A stretch of DNA of 64,000 nt from Flavobacteriales bacterium (GTDB taxonomy: Bacteria; Bacteroidota; Bacteroidia; UBA10329). Position 1 is the first letter of the stretch. Every line of letters starts with the position of its first letter. The notes under the pieces were generated by a model. It ran no database searches, was not told the origin of the DNA, and worked only from the letters and a program-made list of their open reading frames with translations. The stretch spans positions 37,013-101,012 of the forward strand of contig JAIPBM010000008.1 in assembly GCA_021739695.1 (NCBI GenBank). The letters are read 5' to 3'. Positions 49,773-60,338 of the stretch are shown piece by piece. The position numbers and the translations under genes are program-made.

Positions 49773-50462
49773 ATGTCAAAAGTTCTATTGCTTGCTCTTA
49801 TTACCGTTTCGCTTATGTTCTCATCCTGTGATAATACAGGGAAAATGGTTGAGCGAGAATGGGTGGTTTACAATTCAGTTATGGATCAAGGTGATATTAT
49901 TACGGCAATCACTTGTTTGAACCGCATCGTTGCATTCGAAAAATACAATCCAGATGCCTTGGATACATTGGCAATACTTTATCTGAAAAGTGGATCGAAC
50001 GAAGCAGCGGCCAAAATTGCTACTCGTGCTCTCAATGTCAGAGAAAGTGATGTGTTGACGAAAGTTCTGGCAAAGGCAAATAAAGGATTGGGGAAATATG
50101 ATATCGCATTGGAAAACTATTCCAAGCTACTTGTAAAAACCCCTGAAGACCTGGAATTGATGTACGAAGTTGCTTACGCATACATCAACTTAAGTCGATT
50201 GAATGATGCGCTTCCTTTCGTTCAGAAGATCATTTCGCATCCTGAATCGGGAAGCGCTGTCATGCAAGAATTCATAAAAGAAGGAAGTCAGCTTTTACCA
50301 TATCGCGCTGTTGCTTTCAACATGCTTGGCTTTATCCAAACTCAAGCCAATGAACCAGAAGCTGCTATAAAGAGCTACGAAACGGCACTGCAAATATTCC
50401 CGAACTATTATTTGGCCAACAACAACTTGAAGCTACTTTCAGCCAAATTGGAGAAGAAATGA
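49773..50462 (+). CDS. TPR-repeat lipoprotein
   Basis: Lipobox MFSSC. Tetratricopeptide-like helical repeats (ALDTLAILYLKSGSNEAAAKIATRAL, AIKSYETALQIFPNYYLANNNL). Confidence 0.55.
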   Translation: MSKVLLLALITVSLMFSSCDNTGKMVEREWVVYNSVMDQGDIITAITCLNRIVAFEKYNPDALDTLAILYLKSGSNEAAAKIATRALNVRESDVLTKVLAKANKGLGKYDIALENYSKLLVKTPEDLELMYEVAYAYINLSRLNDALPFVQKIISHPESGSAVMQEFIKEGSQLLPYRAVAFNMLGFIQTQANEPEAAIKSYETALQIFPNYYLANNNLKLLSAKLEKK

Positions 50463-51587
50463 TCAGTGGATCAAATTGAATATCCGCGACCAACGGATCT
50501 TCTCTGCCAATTTCGTTGCATCCTTATCGATGGATAGCCAAATGAACACTGCTTTTCCAACGATGTGGTCTTCAGGTACAAATCCCCAAAAACGACTATC
50601 GGCAGAATTGTGACGATTGTCTCCCATCATGAAATAGTAGTCCATTTGAAAAGTGTATGAATCCACTTGCATTCCGTTGATGTAGATCTGAGATTCTTCG
50701 ATCTTCAGATCATTGTGCTCGTAAAAGCTGATAAGACGCTCGTAAATCGGTAAGTTCTCAACCGTCAATTGTACGGTTTCACCTTTCTTTGGAATAGTGA
50801 TCGGACCGAAATTATCCACATTCCAATAGAACTTCTGCTTCTCATTTGACTTCAATTCTGGGTCAGAATTCGGAAATATATATTCAGCATATGTTCCTGG
50901 CTTGGCAATTTCCGCTTCTACAGACTGAACGTTATTCAACTCAGCGATCTTCTCCTTTGCCGCCTTGGTCATTGTCAAACTGAAATCCCCTTTCACAGAT
51001 GTACGTCCACCTTCGGTAATGTCTAATTTCCTAAGCACCAATTGATTGAAGCCCGTTCCATTGGTTTCAACATCATAAGAAGTTTGCATTCCTTCGGCCT
51101 GATAGGCTTCTTCACCGTTTATGTAAAGCACACCTTCTTTCACTTCAAGCACATCGTTCGGAATAGCCACGCATCGCTTAATGTAATTTTCGCGCTTATC
51201 CACCGGACGATAACCTTCCATCGGATAGTTGAAAACAACTACATCGTTATTCTTGATCTTGCTGAAACCAGGCAGACGATAGTATGGCAGTTTGATCCAC
51301 TCCAAATACGATTTGGTGCTAAGCGTACCGGGCATAGTATGATGTGCAAACGGAAACGCGATAGGCGTGTTGGGAATCCGTGGGCCATAGCTGACCTTGC
51401 TTACAAACAGAAAATCGCCAATAAGCAACGACTTCTCCATAGACGATGTAGGAATCGTATATGCCTCTATCAAGAATAAGCGAATAATGGTTGCCGCGAT
51501 GACCGCAAAAACGATGGCATCAACCCATTCTCGAACGAAACCTTTCTTTTGGGCAGGTTTTTCTTTCTTCCAAAATTTCCAATTCAT
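50463..51587 (-). CDS. lepB: Signal peptidase I
   Basis: S26 motifs: catalytic Ser in IPTSSMEKSLLIGDFLFV, Lys box, and GDNRHNSADSRFWGFVPEDHIVGKA. Confidence 0.9.
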   Translation of the reverse strand: MNWKFWKKEKPAQKKGFVREWVDAIVFAVIAATIIRLFLIEAYTIPTSSMEKSLLIGDFLFVSKVSYGPRIPNTPIAFPFAHHTMPGTLSTKSYLEWIKLPYYRLPGFSKIKNNDVVVFNYPMEGYRPVDKRENYIKRCVAIPNDVLEVKEGVLYINGEEAYQAEGMQTSYDVETNGTGFNQLVLRKLDITEGGRTSVKGDFSLTMTKAAKEKIAELNNVQSVEAEIAKPGTYAEYIFPNSDPELKSNEKQKFYWNVDNFGPITIPKKGETVQLTVENLPIYERLISFYEHNDLKIEESQIYINGMQVDSYTFQMDYYFMMGDNRHNSADSRFWGFVPEDHIVGKAVFIWLSIDKDATKLAEKIRWSRIFNLIH

Positions 51588-51614
51588 GGCCGAAGTAACT
51601 GATCTATTGATGAT

Positions 51615-52355
51615 TTATTTAGCGAAGCCCTCAAACTTAACATCCTTTATGAGGTCGCTCATGGTGTATACACCCTTTTTCTTTACCAGCCATTCTGCGG
51701 CAAGTACTGCACCTTTTGCAAATCCCACGCGGCTTTTTGCCGTATGAATGAGTTGTATCTCATCAATCTCAGATTCGTAGGTGACCACATGCGTTCCAGG
51801 AACATCGCTTTCTCGATGAGAAATGATCTCAAGTTCATAGTCTTTATCAGATGCGTGGTTCACCCAAACATCTTTACGATCTAAGGCATCAATGATATCG
51901 TTTCCCAATTTAATGGCTGTGCCACTTGGCGAATCAACCTTACCTGTATGGTGCGTCTCATCTACAACCACTCGGTAACCTTCATGCTCGTTCATCAATT
52001 TGGCAAGCACCTTATTTGCTTCGAAAAACAAATTGACCCCAACACTGAAGTTAGAAGCATAGAGCAGTGCCTGATTATGTCGGTGACAGACCTCTTTCAC
52101 ATGATCCAGCTGACCGAACCAGCCAGTGGTTCCAACCACTACGGGCGTATTGGCATCAAAGCATTTGAATATATTGCTGACCACGCTATGTGGCATCGAG
52201 AATTCGATGGCCACATCTGCGGCAGCCAACTCTTCCTCTTTACCGATCCAATCATCGGCATCGTTGAATTTCACTACAATTTCGTGTCCACGCTGCAAGG
52301 CGACCTTTTCAATCTCCTTGCCCATTTTCCCGTATCCTGAAAGTGCGATTTTCAT
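51615..52355 (-). CDS. dapB: 4-hydroxy-tetrahydrodipicolinate reductase
   Basis: MKIALSGYGKMGKEI NAD(P) motif. ...EAHHxxKxDxPSGTA-like motif ETHHTGKVDSPSGTAIKL. Start placed at the internal Met; the ORF track extends to 52418. Confidence 0.85.
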   Translation of the reverse strand: MKIALSGYGKMGKEIEKVALQRGHEIVVKFNDADDWIGKEEELAAADVAIEFSMPHSVVSNIFKCFDANTPVVVGTTGWFGQLDHVKEVCHRHNQALLYASNFSVGVNLFFEANKVLAKLMNEHEGYRVVVDETHHTGKVDSPSGTAIKLGNDIIDALDRKDVWVNHASDKDYELEIISHRESDVPGTHVVTYESEIDEIQLIHTAKSRVGFAKGAVLAAEWLVKKKGVYTMSDLIKDVKFEGFAK

Positions 52356-52392
52356 ACTTGACAAATAGCGTGATTCACGCAAAAGTAGAGTT

Positions 52393-52989
52393 TTATTTAA
52401 GGTGGAGCGTGAGCGCAAAGGTTGGGGTCGGAGTGAACTCCGGTCCGATCAGCTGCATGGCTGGTCTCACTTTTAGCGTTAGGTCATCACTTACGTCAAA
52501 ACCTTTCAGGTGCGCATCAACCGTGGCATCTATGATATTCAATGCATAGATAACACCCGTAAAAATCAGTGAAAGGTCTCTGTTGCGTTTATAAAAGTCT
52601 ACAAGTTCGCGCAAATTGGCATCGGAATAAACGCCTACAAACTCATCCTTCGTGTTCGGGTCACCATCAACTCTAATTAGGTATGCAGTCCTGTAGGTTC
52701 TACACTTCATATCGTTGAACACAGAACTATAGATAAGACCACCAAAAGCACCATAGATGATCGGTACTTTCCACCATTTACCATTATACACTTGACCCAA
52801 ACCGGGCAATGCTGTGCTCATGATAGATGCACGAACGGGTGAATGTTTCTTTACGATTACCGAATCAGCTTGCTCTACCTGAGCAATTGTGTCATTTTCT
52901 TGAGCACGGACTTTCGTTGCCGAAATGATCAGAACCAGAAATAATGGTATGAGATACCGATTCAAAAAGTGCTTTTTGGTTATGGCCAA
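52393..52989 (-). CDS. DUF5683-family protein (conserved between parB and dapB in Bacteroidota)
   Basis: Signal peptide plus LPGLGQVYNGKWWKVPIIYG motif. Conserved gene-order position. Family recalled, not searched. Confidence 0.5.
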   Translation of the reverse strand: MAITKKHFLNRYLIPLFLVLIISATKVRAQENDTIAQVEQADSVIVKKHSPVRASIMSTALPGLGQVYNGKWWKVPIIYGAFGGLIYSSVFNDMKCRTYRTAYLIRVDGDPNTKDEFVGVYSDANLRELVDFYKRNRDLSLIFTGVIYALNIIDATVDAHLKGFDVSDDLTLKVRPAMQLIGPEFTPTPTFALTLHLK

Positions 52990-53867
52990 AGATCCAAGAT
53001 GGATAGCACACGTTTCAGTTCCTTCTCATTGTCAAATGCAATGGAGATGGTGCCTTTTCCTTTTGCGTTCACTTTCAAACCAACCTCCGCATCGAGCTGA
53101 CGCTTCACATTATCCTGTATGCGCTTGTATTCTATCGGAAGTTCCTTTTTAAGACCTGTCTTTGCTGATTCTTTGGCCGTTTTAGATGCTTGCTCCGTTG
53201 CACGTACGGAAAGCCCACCTTTCACAATTTCTTGAAACAAACGCAATTGTTCGTTCTCATCTTCCATATTGATGATGGCACGGGCATGTCCCATCGTCAG
53301 CACCTTATCAATAAGCGCTTTCTGAATCTGTGGAGGAAGCTTCAACAGCCTCAAATAATTTGTCACTGTGGAACGCTTCATTCCAACGCGTTCACCTAGC
53401 GCTTCCTGCGTCAGTTTGCATTCATCAATCAATCGCTGATAAGACAATGCTACTTCTATCGCGTCAAGGTCATCTCGCTGAATGTTCTCCACCAAAGCCA
53501 TTTCCAACATGGCTTGATCGTTGGCCACACGCACATAAGCGGGAACTTCGGTCAAACCAGCTAACTGCGAAGCTCTGAACCTACGTTCTCCGGAAATGAG
53601 TTGGTAGTGATTCGGGCGAACCATCCGAACGGTAAGCGGTTGTATGATTCCCAGTTGGGCAATGGATGCGGACAGTTCATCCAACTTCTCCTGATCAAAT
53701 CGTGTCCGTGGTTGAAACGGATTTGCCTCAATTTGAGAAACGGGAATACCGCTAATCATTCCTGATGCCGATTCACTTGAATTTAAATTTGATTGGGATG
53801 TCAGACCAGAGTCTGAGTTGTCGAGCAATGCTCCAAGCCCTCTACCTAACGCACTTTTCTTGCTCAT
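52980..53867 (-). CDS. parB: Chromosome partitioning protein ParB (Spo0J)
   Basis: ParB box GERRFRAS. HTH region. C-terminal dimerisation domain. Confidence 0.9.
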   Translation of the reverse strand: MSKKSALGRGLGALLDNSDSGLTSQSNLNSSESASGMISGIPVSQIEANPFQPRTRFDQEKLDELSASIAQLGIIQPLTVRMVRPNHYQLISGERRFRASQLAGLTEVPAYVRVANDQAMLEMALVENIQRDDLDAIEVALSYQRLIDECKLTQEALGERVGMKRSTVTNYLRLLKLPPQIQKALIDKVLTMGHARAIINMEDENEQLRLFQEIVKGGLSVRATEQASKTAKESAKTGLKKELPIEYKRIQDNVKRQLDAEVGLKVNAKGKGTISIAFDNEKELKRVLSILDLWP

Positions 53868-54667
53868 CAGCTCAATATTTTCTCACTCTCCTTTAATCGT
53901 GTCATTCCATTCTTCTGAAGGATCTCGCGCGCAAGATTCAGATAATTGGTTGCTCCTTTCGAAGCCGAATCATGCATGATGATGCTCTTACCATAACTTG
54001 GAGCTTCGCCCAACTTCGTGTTTCGGGCAATGACAGTATCGAACACCAATTGCTGAAAGTGCATTTTCACTTCTTCCACTACTTGATTTGCCAAACGCAG
54101 GCGCTGATCGTACATGGTCAGCAACAGTCCTTCCATTTCCAGATCGGGGTTTAAGCGTGCCTGAATGATCTTTATTGTGTTCAGCAATTTCCCAAGTCCT
54201 TCCAAGGCAAAGTATTCGCACTGAATTGGAATAAGCACGCTATCAGCGGCAGTAAGGCAATTTACCGTGATCAATCCCAATGAAGGAGAACAATCGACCA
54301 CAATGAAATCATAATCGTTCTTGATCTTGTTCAAAACCAACTTCACCATCATTTCCCTGTTCGGCAGATTGATCATTTCAATTTCCGCCCCAACCAGATC
54401 GATATGTGCCGGCAAGACATCCAAATTGGGTGTTTCCGTGTGAAGGATGATATCATTTGGCTCAGCTTCGCCAATAATGCATTCGTAAATGCTGGTCTTA
54501 ATGTTCCTAGGATCGAAACCGACTCCTGAAGTGGAATTGGCCTGTGGATCTGCATCTACCAACAGCACTTTGTATTCCAACACCGCCAAACTGGCCGCCA
54601 AATTGATGGCCGTTGTGGTCTTTCCAACTCCCCCCTTCTGATTTGCAATGGCTATGATCTTACTCAT
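53867..54667 (-). CDS. parA: Chromosome partitioning ATPase ParA (Soj)
   Basis: Deviant Walker A KGGVGKTT. 266 aa. 1-nt overlap with parB. Confidence 0.9.
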   Translation of the reverse strand: MSKIIAIANQKGGVGKTTTAINLAASLAVLEYKVLLVDADPQANSTSGVGFDPRNIKTSIYECIIGEAEPNDIILHTETPNLDVLPAHIDLVGAEIEMINLPNREMMVKLVLNKIKNDYDFIVVDCSPSLGLITVNCLTAADSVLIPIQCEYFALEGLGKLLNTIKIIQARLNPDLEMEGLLLTMYDQRLRLANQVVEEVKMHFQQLVFDTVIARNTKLGEAPSYGKSIIMHDSASKGATNYLNLAREILQKNGMTRLKESEKILS

Positions 54668-54767
54668 CTTTCTCCTCTAATTTCTGCATGCAAAGTTAGC
54701 CTATCTACTTACCGCATAAACTGCATGTTTTTAACAAAACAGCACGCTTACTAACAGTTTCAACTGT

Positions 54768-55190
54768 TCATAAAGTCAGTTTCCGAAGCCTGAACCATCG
54801 TACAAGTAAATACGAAAGCAGACCAACTGGACCTACAAAAAGCGTGAGCAAAAGGCAAGGGAAAACAGCTAAATGCTTGAGTTTATTGTGTACCGCATCT
54901 CGCACGATCCATGAACCGATGAATAGATCGAAAACCAAATAATGCACCCAACCTAGCACTAAGATCTCATCTCTAGTAAACGATAATTTTAAATGTTCTA
55001 AGGAATCCATTCCTCCTTCTCCACCAAATGACGTGACCAACAAAACGATGTAAAGAGTACCAAGAACAATTGGATACAGATAAGATTGAACGACCGCCTG
55101 CGTGACCCTGTGCTTAGGAAAAAACACCAGAAGAAACCAACCAGGCAATACAGAAAGGTTAGCAATCTTAAACAGCAGCGCGTAACTCAT
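54768..55190 (-). CDS. DUF4281 (ABA4-like) membrane protein
   Basis: 140 aa, 4 TM helices. Pattern resembles ABA4-like/DUF4281. Overlaps the upstream PCD gene by 4 nt. Confidence 0.45.
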   Translation of the reverse strand: MSYALLFKIANLSVLPGWFLLVFFPKHRVTQAVVQSYLYPIVLGTLYIVLLVTSFGGEGGMDSLEHLKLSFTRDEILVLGWVHYLVFDLFIGSWIVRDAVHNKLKHLAVFPCLLLTLFVGPVGLLSYLLVRWFRLRKLTL

Positions 55191-55423
55191 CCGAGGTGAA
55201 TCTTTTCAATGATGTCTGCCAATTTTCTGTCTTTGGCTGTAATAACATTTCCTTCATCGTGTGTGGTTAAACAGACCTCCACCTTATTGTAACTATTGGA
55301 CCAATTAGGGTGATGGTTCATTTTTTCTGCTTCGACAGCAACTTTGGTCATAAAGGCAAATGCCTCTACAAAATCATTGAACTCGAACTTGGCAATAAGT
55401 TGACCTTCCTTCTCTTTCCACAT
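55187..55423 (-). CDS. Pterin-4a-carbinolamine dehydratase (PCD/DCoH)
   Basis: 78 aa with conserved [11 protein letters not shown] ... V.LTTHD motif of PCD. Confidence 0.8.
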   Translation of the reverse strand: MWKEKEGQLIAKFEFNDFVEAFAFMTKVAVEAEKMNHHPNWSNSYNKVEVCLTTHDEGNVITAKDRKLADIIEKIHLG

Positions 55424-55490
55424 GGCGAATGAATGTACAAAAAAAGGCGAACCGTACGGCTCGCCTTTAAAGTTCTCTGATTCAAAACGA

Positions 55491-57791
55491 TTAGCTTGAA
55501 ATACGATACCATTTTGACCCCATGAACATAATTATTGCTCCTTCTCCATGTTCGACATTGAAGTCCTCGATGAATTGCTGGGTTCCTTGGTTTTTCTTGA
55601 ATTCAACTTTATCGTTACTAGCTGTATTTACAACATAGATAATCTGACCATCTACACCACCGGATAGCCCTCTGATGTCCTTATCATTACTGTAAGTTAC
55701 TTCAAGAATGGATACTCCTGACACATCTTGACTGGTTACATTACTTGAAAGAGAAAGACTAAGTGTCGTACCCGAACTACCGCCAGATGGAATAGTTTGT
55801 GTAGAAAGGGTTCCGTTTGAAGAAGCAACCACCATTCTTGTTCCGCTTCCCGCAAGATCCGAGATTCGTGCATCGCCACTAACATGCAAAGATGTGCTCG
55901 GAGAGGATGTTCCAATGCCTACCTTACCTGATGAGCGATAAACGTTGGAACCACTTTGACTCCAAACACTGCTTCCACCGCTTGGAATTGCTTGAGTAGA
56001 AAGGTCTCCATTCGCATCGGCCACCACCATTCTTGTTCCACTACCACCCAGATCTGTGATACGTGCATCACCGCTTACATGAAGGGTAGCCTGTGGATTA
56101 TTATTGCCGAAACCGATATTACCTGACGAACCGCTGATAAAAATGCTGTTCTCGGTACTATTTCGAGTGAGAACAAAATCATGATCATAACTATTCATGT
56201 AAGCTCTGTTCGTGAAAATACCCGATGTGCTGGAATTGGCAAACCCGAATGTTGCTGACAATGACCCTGACTGATCCATGAAATCAACACTGCTCCAACC
56301 ATTACTTGCACTGCTTTGTAGCGTCATCACATTGGCATTGGAAGTGCTGCTAATAACATGCAAAGCTGTGCTTGGAGAAGATGTTCCAATTCCCACCTTA
56401 CCTGATGAGCGATAAACGTTTGAACCACTTTGACTCCAAAGGCTGCTTCCACCGCCTGGAATTGCCTGAGTAGAAAGGTCTCCATTCGCATCGGCCACCA
56501 CCATTCTTGTTCCACTTCCAGCCAGATCAGAGATTCGTGCATCGCCACTGACATGCAACTTAGCAACCGGATTACTTGTGCCAACTCCGATATTCCCTGT
56601 ATTGATTATTGTCAGTGCCTGAACAACATCACTTGGAAAGTTATCTGCAAACGTTCCTCCTGCCCCATTTGCAACCCCTCGCTTAACCAAGAACGCCAAA
56701 CCTGCAGAGTAGCTGTCATAATCTATCATCTGAATCGCTGCTCCAGGGTTTGAAAAACCGCCTCTTCCAAAACCAATTTCAGGACCTTCTGCAGGGTTTG
56801 GAACTGCTGTTGTTCCACCAAGAGATACGCCACTGGTTCCATTTCCATAAATATGTAAGCGTGTGTCAGGATTAGTAGTTCCCATACCGATACTTCCTGT
56901 CGGCAAAATGGTCATTCGAGAATCAGTTAGTGATAAGGACTGATTGTCTTGAGTCCCAGATACCATGAAGTGAAGTTTACCATAACCGTAGTTACCAATT
57001 CGTTCATGGAAAATACCTGCTTTCATCCAATCTCCTGCTCCTTCACTGTTGAAACCAATACCTACTCCATTACCTCCTGTTTGCGTTCCGTTTGTATTTC
57101 GTATAAACAATGGCATATTCATTCCATTGTTATTTACTTGCAAATGAAGTAATTGATTCGGAGTAGCTGTACCAATCCCCACGTTTCCACTCTCACTTAT
57201 TCGCATCAATTCTGTCGGTGACGTCATGCTGTTCTTACCGAAACGGATAGCGCGGGTATCACTGTCATTATTATTATAATCCATGGTGATGTAAACATCA
57301 TCTTCACCACTCATTCGAATGTTTCCGTTGTCATCATAGATATCATCATTGACGATGATCTTACCTCCAACGTGCAGCTTTTCGAGCGGAACAGCTACCC
57401 CAATGCCCACATTACCATCATCAGCAATTCGGATTCCCTCGCTGCCTCCATCATTGGAAAGCCAATGGTCGTCCATTTGAATATTCGCAGCAGCAATATG
57501 ATCACCGAAGTTATCTGCTCCTCCTCCGAATTCTGTCCAAACGGTTCCATTATAATACTTGAATCCTTTGGTTGCATTCGTCTGATACACAATCAACCCT
57601 TCAGTTGGACCGCTGATGGCGTTCATCTGAGCCTGTGTCATCTTTGGCAGAAGAAACCCGGATGTTGTCGATCTCAATTCGAGTAATGCGTCAGTATTAG
57701 GAGTAAAGCTGGTATTGCCAATTCCTACATTCTGCGCAAAGGCAACGGCACTTGAAAAGGTGCAAATTAGGGTGAGTACTTGTCTGTTCAT
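55491..57791 (-). CDS. Repeat-rich secreted surface protein. It shares the N-terminal module of the collagen-like proteins and has internal ~65-aa repeats rich in GIGT.
   Basis: Signal peptide. N-module [67 protein letters not shown]. At least 3 copies of HVSGDARI(S/T)DL(A/G)[56 protein letters not shown] repeats about 90% identical. Confidence 0.7.
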   Translation of the reverse strand: MNRQVLTLICTFSSAVAFAQNVGIGNTSFTPNTDALLELRSTTSGFLLPKMTQAQMNAISGPTEGLIVYQTNATKGFKYYNGTVWTEFGGGADNFGDHIAAANIQMDDHWLSNDGGSEGIRIADDGNVGIGVAVPLEKLHVGGKIIVNDDIYDDNGNIRMSGEDDVYITMDYNNNDSDTRAIRFGKNSMTSPTELMRISESGNVGIGTATPNQLLHLQVNNNGMNMPLFIRNTNGTQTGGNGVGIGFNSEGAGDWMKAGIFHERIGNYGYGKLHFMVSGTQDNQSLSLTDSRMTILPTGSIGMGTTNPDTRLHIYGNGTSGVSLGGTTAVPNPAEGPEIGFGRGGFSNPGAAIQMIDYDSYSAGLAFLVKRGVANGAGGTFADNFPSDVVQALTIINTGNIGVGTSNPVAKLHVSGDARISDLAGSGTRMVVADANGDLSTQAIPGGGSSLWSQSGSNVYRSSGKVGIGTSSPSTALHVISSTSNANVMTLQSSASNGWSSVDFMDQSGSLSATFGFANSSTSGIFTNRAYMNSYDHDFVLTRNSTENSIFISGSSGNIGFGNNNPQATLHVSGDARITDLGGSGTRMVVADANGDLSTQAIPSGGSSVWSQSGSNVYRSSGKVGIGTSSPSTSLHVSGDARISDLAGSGTRMVVASSNGTLSTQTIPSGGSSGTTLSLSLSSNVTSQDVSGVSILEVTYSNDKDIRGLSGGVDGQIIYVVNTASNDKVEFKKNQGTQQFIEDFNVEHGEGAIIMFMGSKWYRISS
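55720..56560. repeat. Intragenic DNA repeats (about 170-nt units, ~92% identity, 474 nt apart)
   Basis: Compare 55905-56073 with 56379-56550 (gatgttccaat...ccttacctgatgagcgataaacgtt...ccattcttgttcc...). Confidence 0.6.
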
Positions 57792-57937
57792 CAGTTCCTG
57801 TTTCTAGTATTCTGGCTTGTCTAACGAAAGCAAGAAGGAATGGTTAGCTTATTTGGAGATTTATCGATAAACGGCTTTTTCGATTCCGACATTTCTTCGT
57901 TTAACTTCGACCGATCGTTATTTCCCCCCGATAAACA

Positions 57938-59365
57938 TTGAATACGTCAAAGACCGCATACGACCGACTGATTGCTGAACTCCCTTTCAAGCCCACATTG
58001 GGGCAAGAAGGGTTTGTTTATCGGCTTTCTGAATTCCTGACCGAGCAGAACGTTGGAAAAGTGTTCCTGCTGCGCGGATATGCCGGAACTGGTAAGACTT
58101 CGATGGTAATAAGTGTGGTTAAAACCCTGAAGGCGATGAACCGCAAGTTTGCGTTGCTAGCTCCAACAGGCCGGGCAGCCAAAGTATTGGCAGCATACAC
58201 CAAACAGCGAGCGTTCACCATCCACAAGTTTATTTATCAGATCACTACAGATGAGTTCGGGAATATCCGTTTTGCGTTGCGACATAATAGAGGTAAGAAT
58301 GCGGTGATCATTGTGGATGAAGCATCGATGATATCCTTGTCTAGAGATGCAGGTTCAGGGAGAATTCAATCTAAGAATCTCCTTTCCGACCTCATGAAAT
58401 TCTTAGAGGAGGGCAAGGATTGTAAGCTGATCCTTATTGGCGATACGGCTCAGTTGCCCCCCATTGGATCGGCCGATAGCCCCGCGCTTGACGGAAAAGT
58501 TCTACAGACGAATTTCAGTTTTGAACCAGAAATGCAGCACGAACTGCGCGAGGTGGTCCGTCAGGAAGCCGATTCGGGCATTCTGACCAACGCCACCGAG
58601 CTTCGGAATCTGTTGCAATCTGGAAAATCAGACATCTTACTAAAGGTGAACTTTCCAGACATTAAGGTAATAGACATGCTTGAGCTGGAAGATGAACTGA
58701 ATTCGGCTTACGGTCTTTATGGCGAAGATAACGCCATGGTCATTACACGTTCGAACAAGAGCGCCAACCAGTTCAATCAGCAGATCCGCTTACGCATTAA
58801 GTACATGGATGATGAAATTGCTTCCACCGATAAACTGATGGTAGTGAAGAACAATTATCATTGGCTACCCAAGGGTTCGGGTGCTGGTTTTATTGCCAAT
58901 GGCGATATGATTGAGATCATGCGGCTTGGCGCATTGGAAGAAATGCACGGGTTCCGTTTTGCCAATGCTACGGTCCGTTTGATGGATTATCCGAGCGAAG
59001 ATTCGTTGGATGTAAAATTGCTGCTGAATGCGCTGCATGTGGAAGCGCCTTCACTTCCAGACTCGGATTACGAGCAACTGTACAACTCGGTCTGTTTGAG
59101 CTACGCGGATATTCCAACACCATCCGAACAGGCCAAAAAAGTTGCTGAGGATCCGTACCTGCATGCGCTTCAGGTAAAGTTCGGTTATGCCATAACCTGC
59201 CATAAGGCACAGGGCGGGCAATGGCCTGCCGTGTTTGTCGACCAAGGTTACCTAACGGCCGAAATGTTGGGCGTTGAATACGTGCGATGGCTCTATACTG
59301 CTATTACCCGTGCTTCAGAGAAACTGTATCTGGTCAATTTCAACGAGCAGTTTATTGAGCAATAG
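57938..59365 (+). CDS. RecD-like SF1 DNA helicase / AAA-domain ATPase
   Basis: Walker A GYAGTGKTS. DEAS box IIVDEASMIS. C-terminal UvrD_C_2-like CHKAQGGQWPAVFV ... YTAITRA. Confidence 0.75.
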   Translation: MNTSKTAYDRLIAELPFKPTLGQEGFVYRLSEFLTEQNVGKVFLLRGYAGTGKTSMVISVVKTLKAMNRKFALLAPTGRAAKVLAAYTKQRAFTIHKFIYQITTDEFGNIRFALRHNRGKNAVIIVDEASMISLSRDAGSGRIQSKNLLSDLMKFLEEGKDCKLILIGDTAQLPPIGSADSPALDGKVLQTNFSFEPEMQHELREVVRQEADSGILTNATELRNLLQSGKSDILLKVNFPDIKVIDMLELEDELNSAYGLYGEDNAMVITRSNKSANQFNQQIRLRIKYMDDEIASTDKLMVVKNNYHWLPKGSGAGFIANGDMIEIMRLGALEEMHGFRFANATVRLMDYPSEDSLDVKLLLNALHVEAPSLPDSDYEQLYNSVCLSYADIPTPSEQAKKVAEDPYLHALQVKFGYAITCHKAQGGQWPAVFVDQGYLTAEMLGVEYVRWLYTAITRASEKLYLVNFNEQFIEQ

Positions 59366-60296
59366 CTTGTAGAACAGGCTTCCCATCCCAACATTCGGGC
59401 GCTTTAATTCCAAGAAGATAAGCCAACGTGGCGGCTGTATCGTAGGTTTTCACCTCTACTTGCAATTCGCCATTTACCACTCCTGTTCCGGTGAGAATCC
59501 AAGGCACGAAGCGTTCTTCGGGTGTATCGCCACCATGTCCGTGGCCAATGCCTCCGTGGTCGGCAGTGATGAGGATGACGGTGCTTTCCAATTCGCCAGA
59601 AGCTTTTACGGCATTCACCATTTTCTTGATCATTCTATCCGTTTCAGAAACTGCAGCATAATACTGTGGTGTTCCGTGCCCATCGTGGTGGCCTGCGTGA
59701 TCTACCAGGTCCAAATGCACGAACATGAAATCGGGTTTCTGCTTTTTGAAATAGTTGGAAGCCATGCGGGTAATTCCCTTGTAGCCGTGATGAGATGCGG
59801 CCTGCAGCAGAATGGCATCTCGCTGACGGTTGACCACGCCTTTCTCGAACAGGCGATTGAAGGCCAACCAATCGTTGAAGCAGGCAATTTTGGAATCTGG
59901 TTTCTGTCTTCTGAGCTCTCCGAAAACAGTAGGCCAGATACCGCTTGGCTTGCCATTGCCTTTTGTGCCTTGGCATTCCAATTCGATGGTCTGTTTGTGC
60001 GGTTGCCACGCGTTGGAGGTAATGCCATGTTTTTCTGGCCCAGCCCCCATGATCATGCTTGCCCAGTTGGGGCTACTGCTAGTTGGCAACACGGCTTCGC
60101 ACTTCCACGTGTAAGCAGCCACTTTAAGGATGCTATCGATGGTGGGTGTTTCGGCCTTGTGTATCCCGTCAGGACTCATACCATCCACCCCAATGACTAT
60201 GACGTGTTTGATGGCAGGCGCTTGGGCCTGGGAGAAAAAGGGGAAAAGGAGGCTGATACGAATTACGAATGAAAAACGAATATACGAATGGCGCAT
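59352..60296 (-). CDS. Alkaline-phosphatase-superfamily nucleotide pyrophosphatase/phosphodiesterase, secreted
   Basis: Signal peptide. Metal-ligand motifs VIVIGVDGMSPDG ... TxSSPNWAS ... HLDLVDHAGHH ... ITADHGG. Confidence 0.75.
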   Translation of the reverse strand: MRHSYIRFSFVIRISLLFPFFSQAQAPAIKHVIVIGVDGMSPDGIHKAETPTIDSILKVAAYTWKCEAVLPTSSSPNWASMIMGAGPEKHGITSNAWQPHKQTIELECQGTKGNGKPSGIWPTVFGELRRQKPDSKIACFNDWLAFNRLFEKGVVNRQRDAILLQAASHHGYKGITRMASNYFKKQKPDFMFVHLDLVDHAGHHDGHGTPQYYAAVSETDRMIKKMVNAVKASGELESTVILITADHGGIGHGHGGDTPEERFVPWILTGTGVVNGELQVEVKTYDTAATLAYLLGIKAPECWDGKPVLQAIAQ

Positions 60297-60338
60297 TCTC
60301 AGGGTAATCGGTTTTTAGTGAACAATTGACATCATAAA

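Noticed and set aside
54668-54767. Small inverted repeat AACAGTTtcaAACTGTT between DUF4281 and parA
   Set aside because: The stem is only 7 bp, with no convincing U-tract. It is more likely incidental or part of the parA promoter region.
59460-60272. 270-aa plus-strand ORF and other ORFs overlapping the phosphodiesterase gene
   Set aside because: They are antisense to a gene with intact alkaline-phosphatase-superfamily metal-binding motifs.
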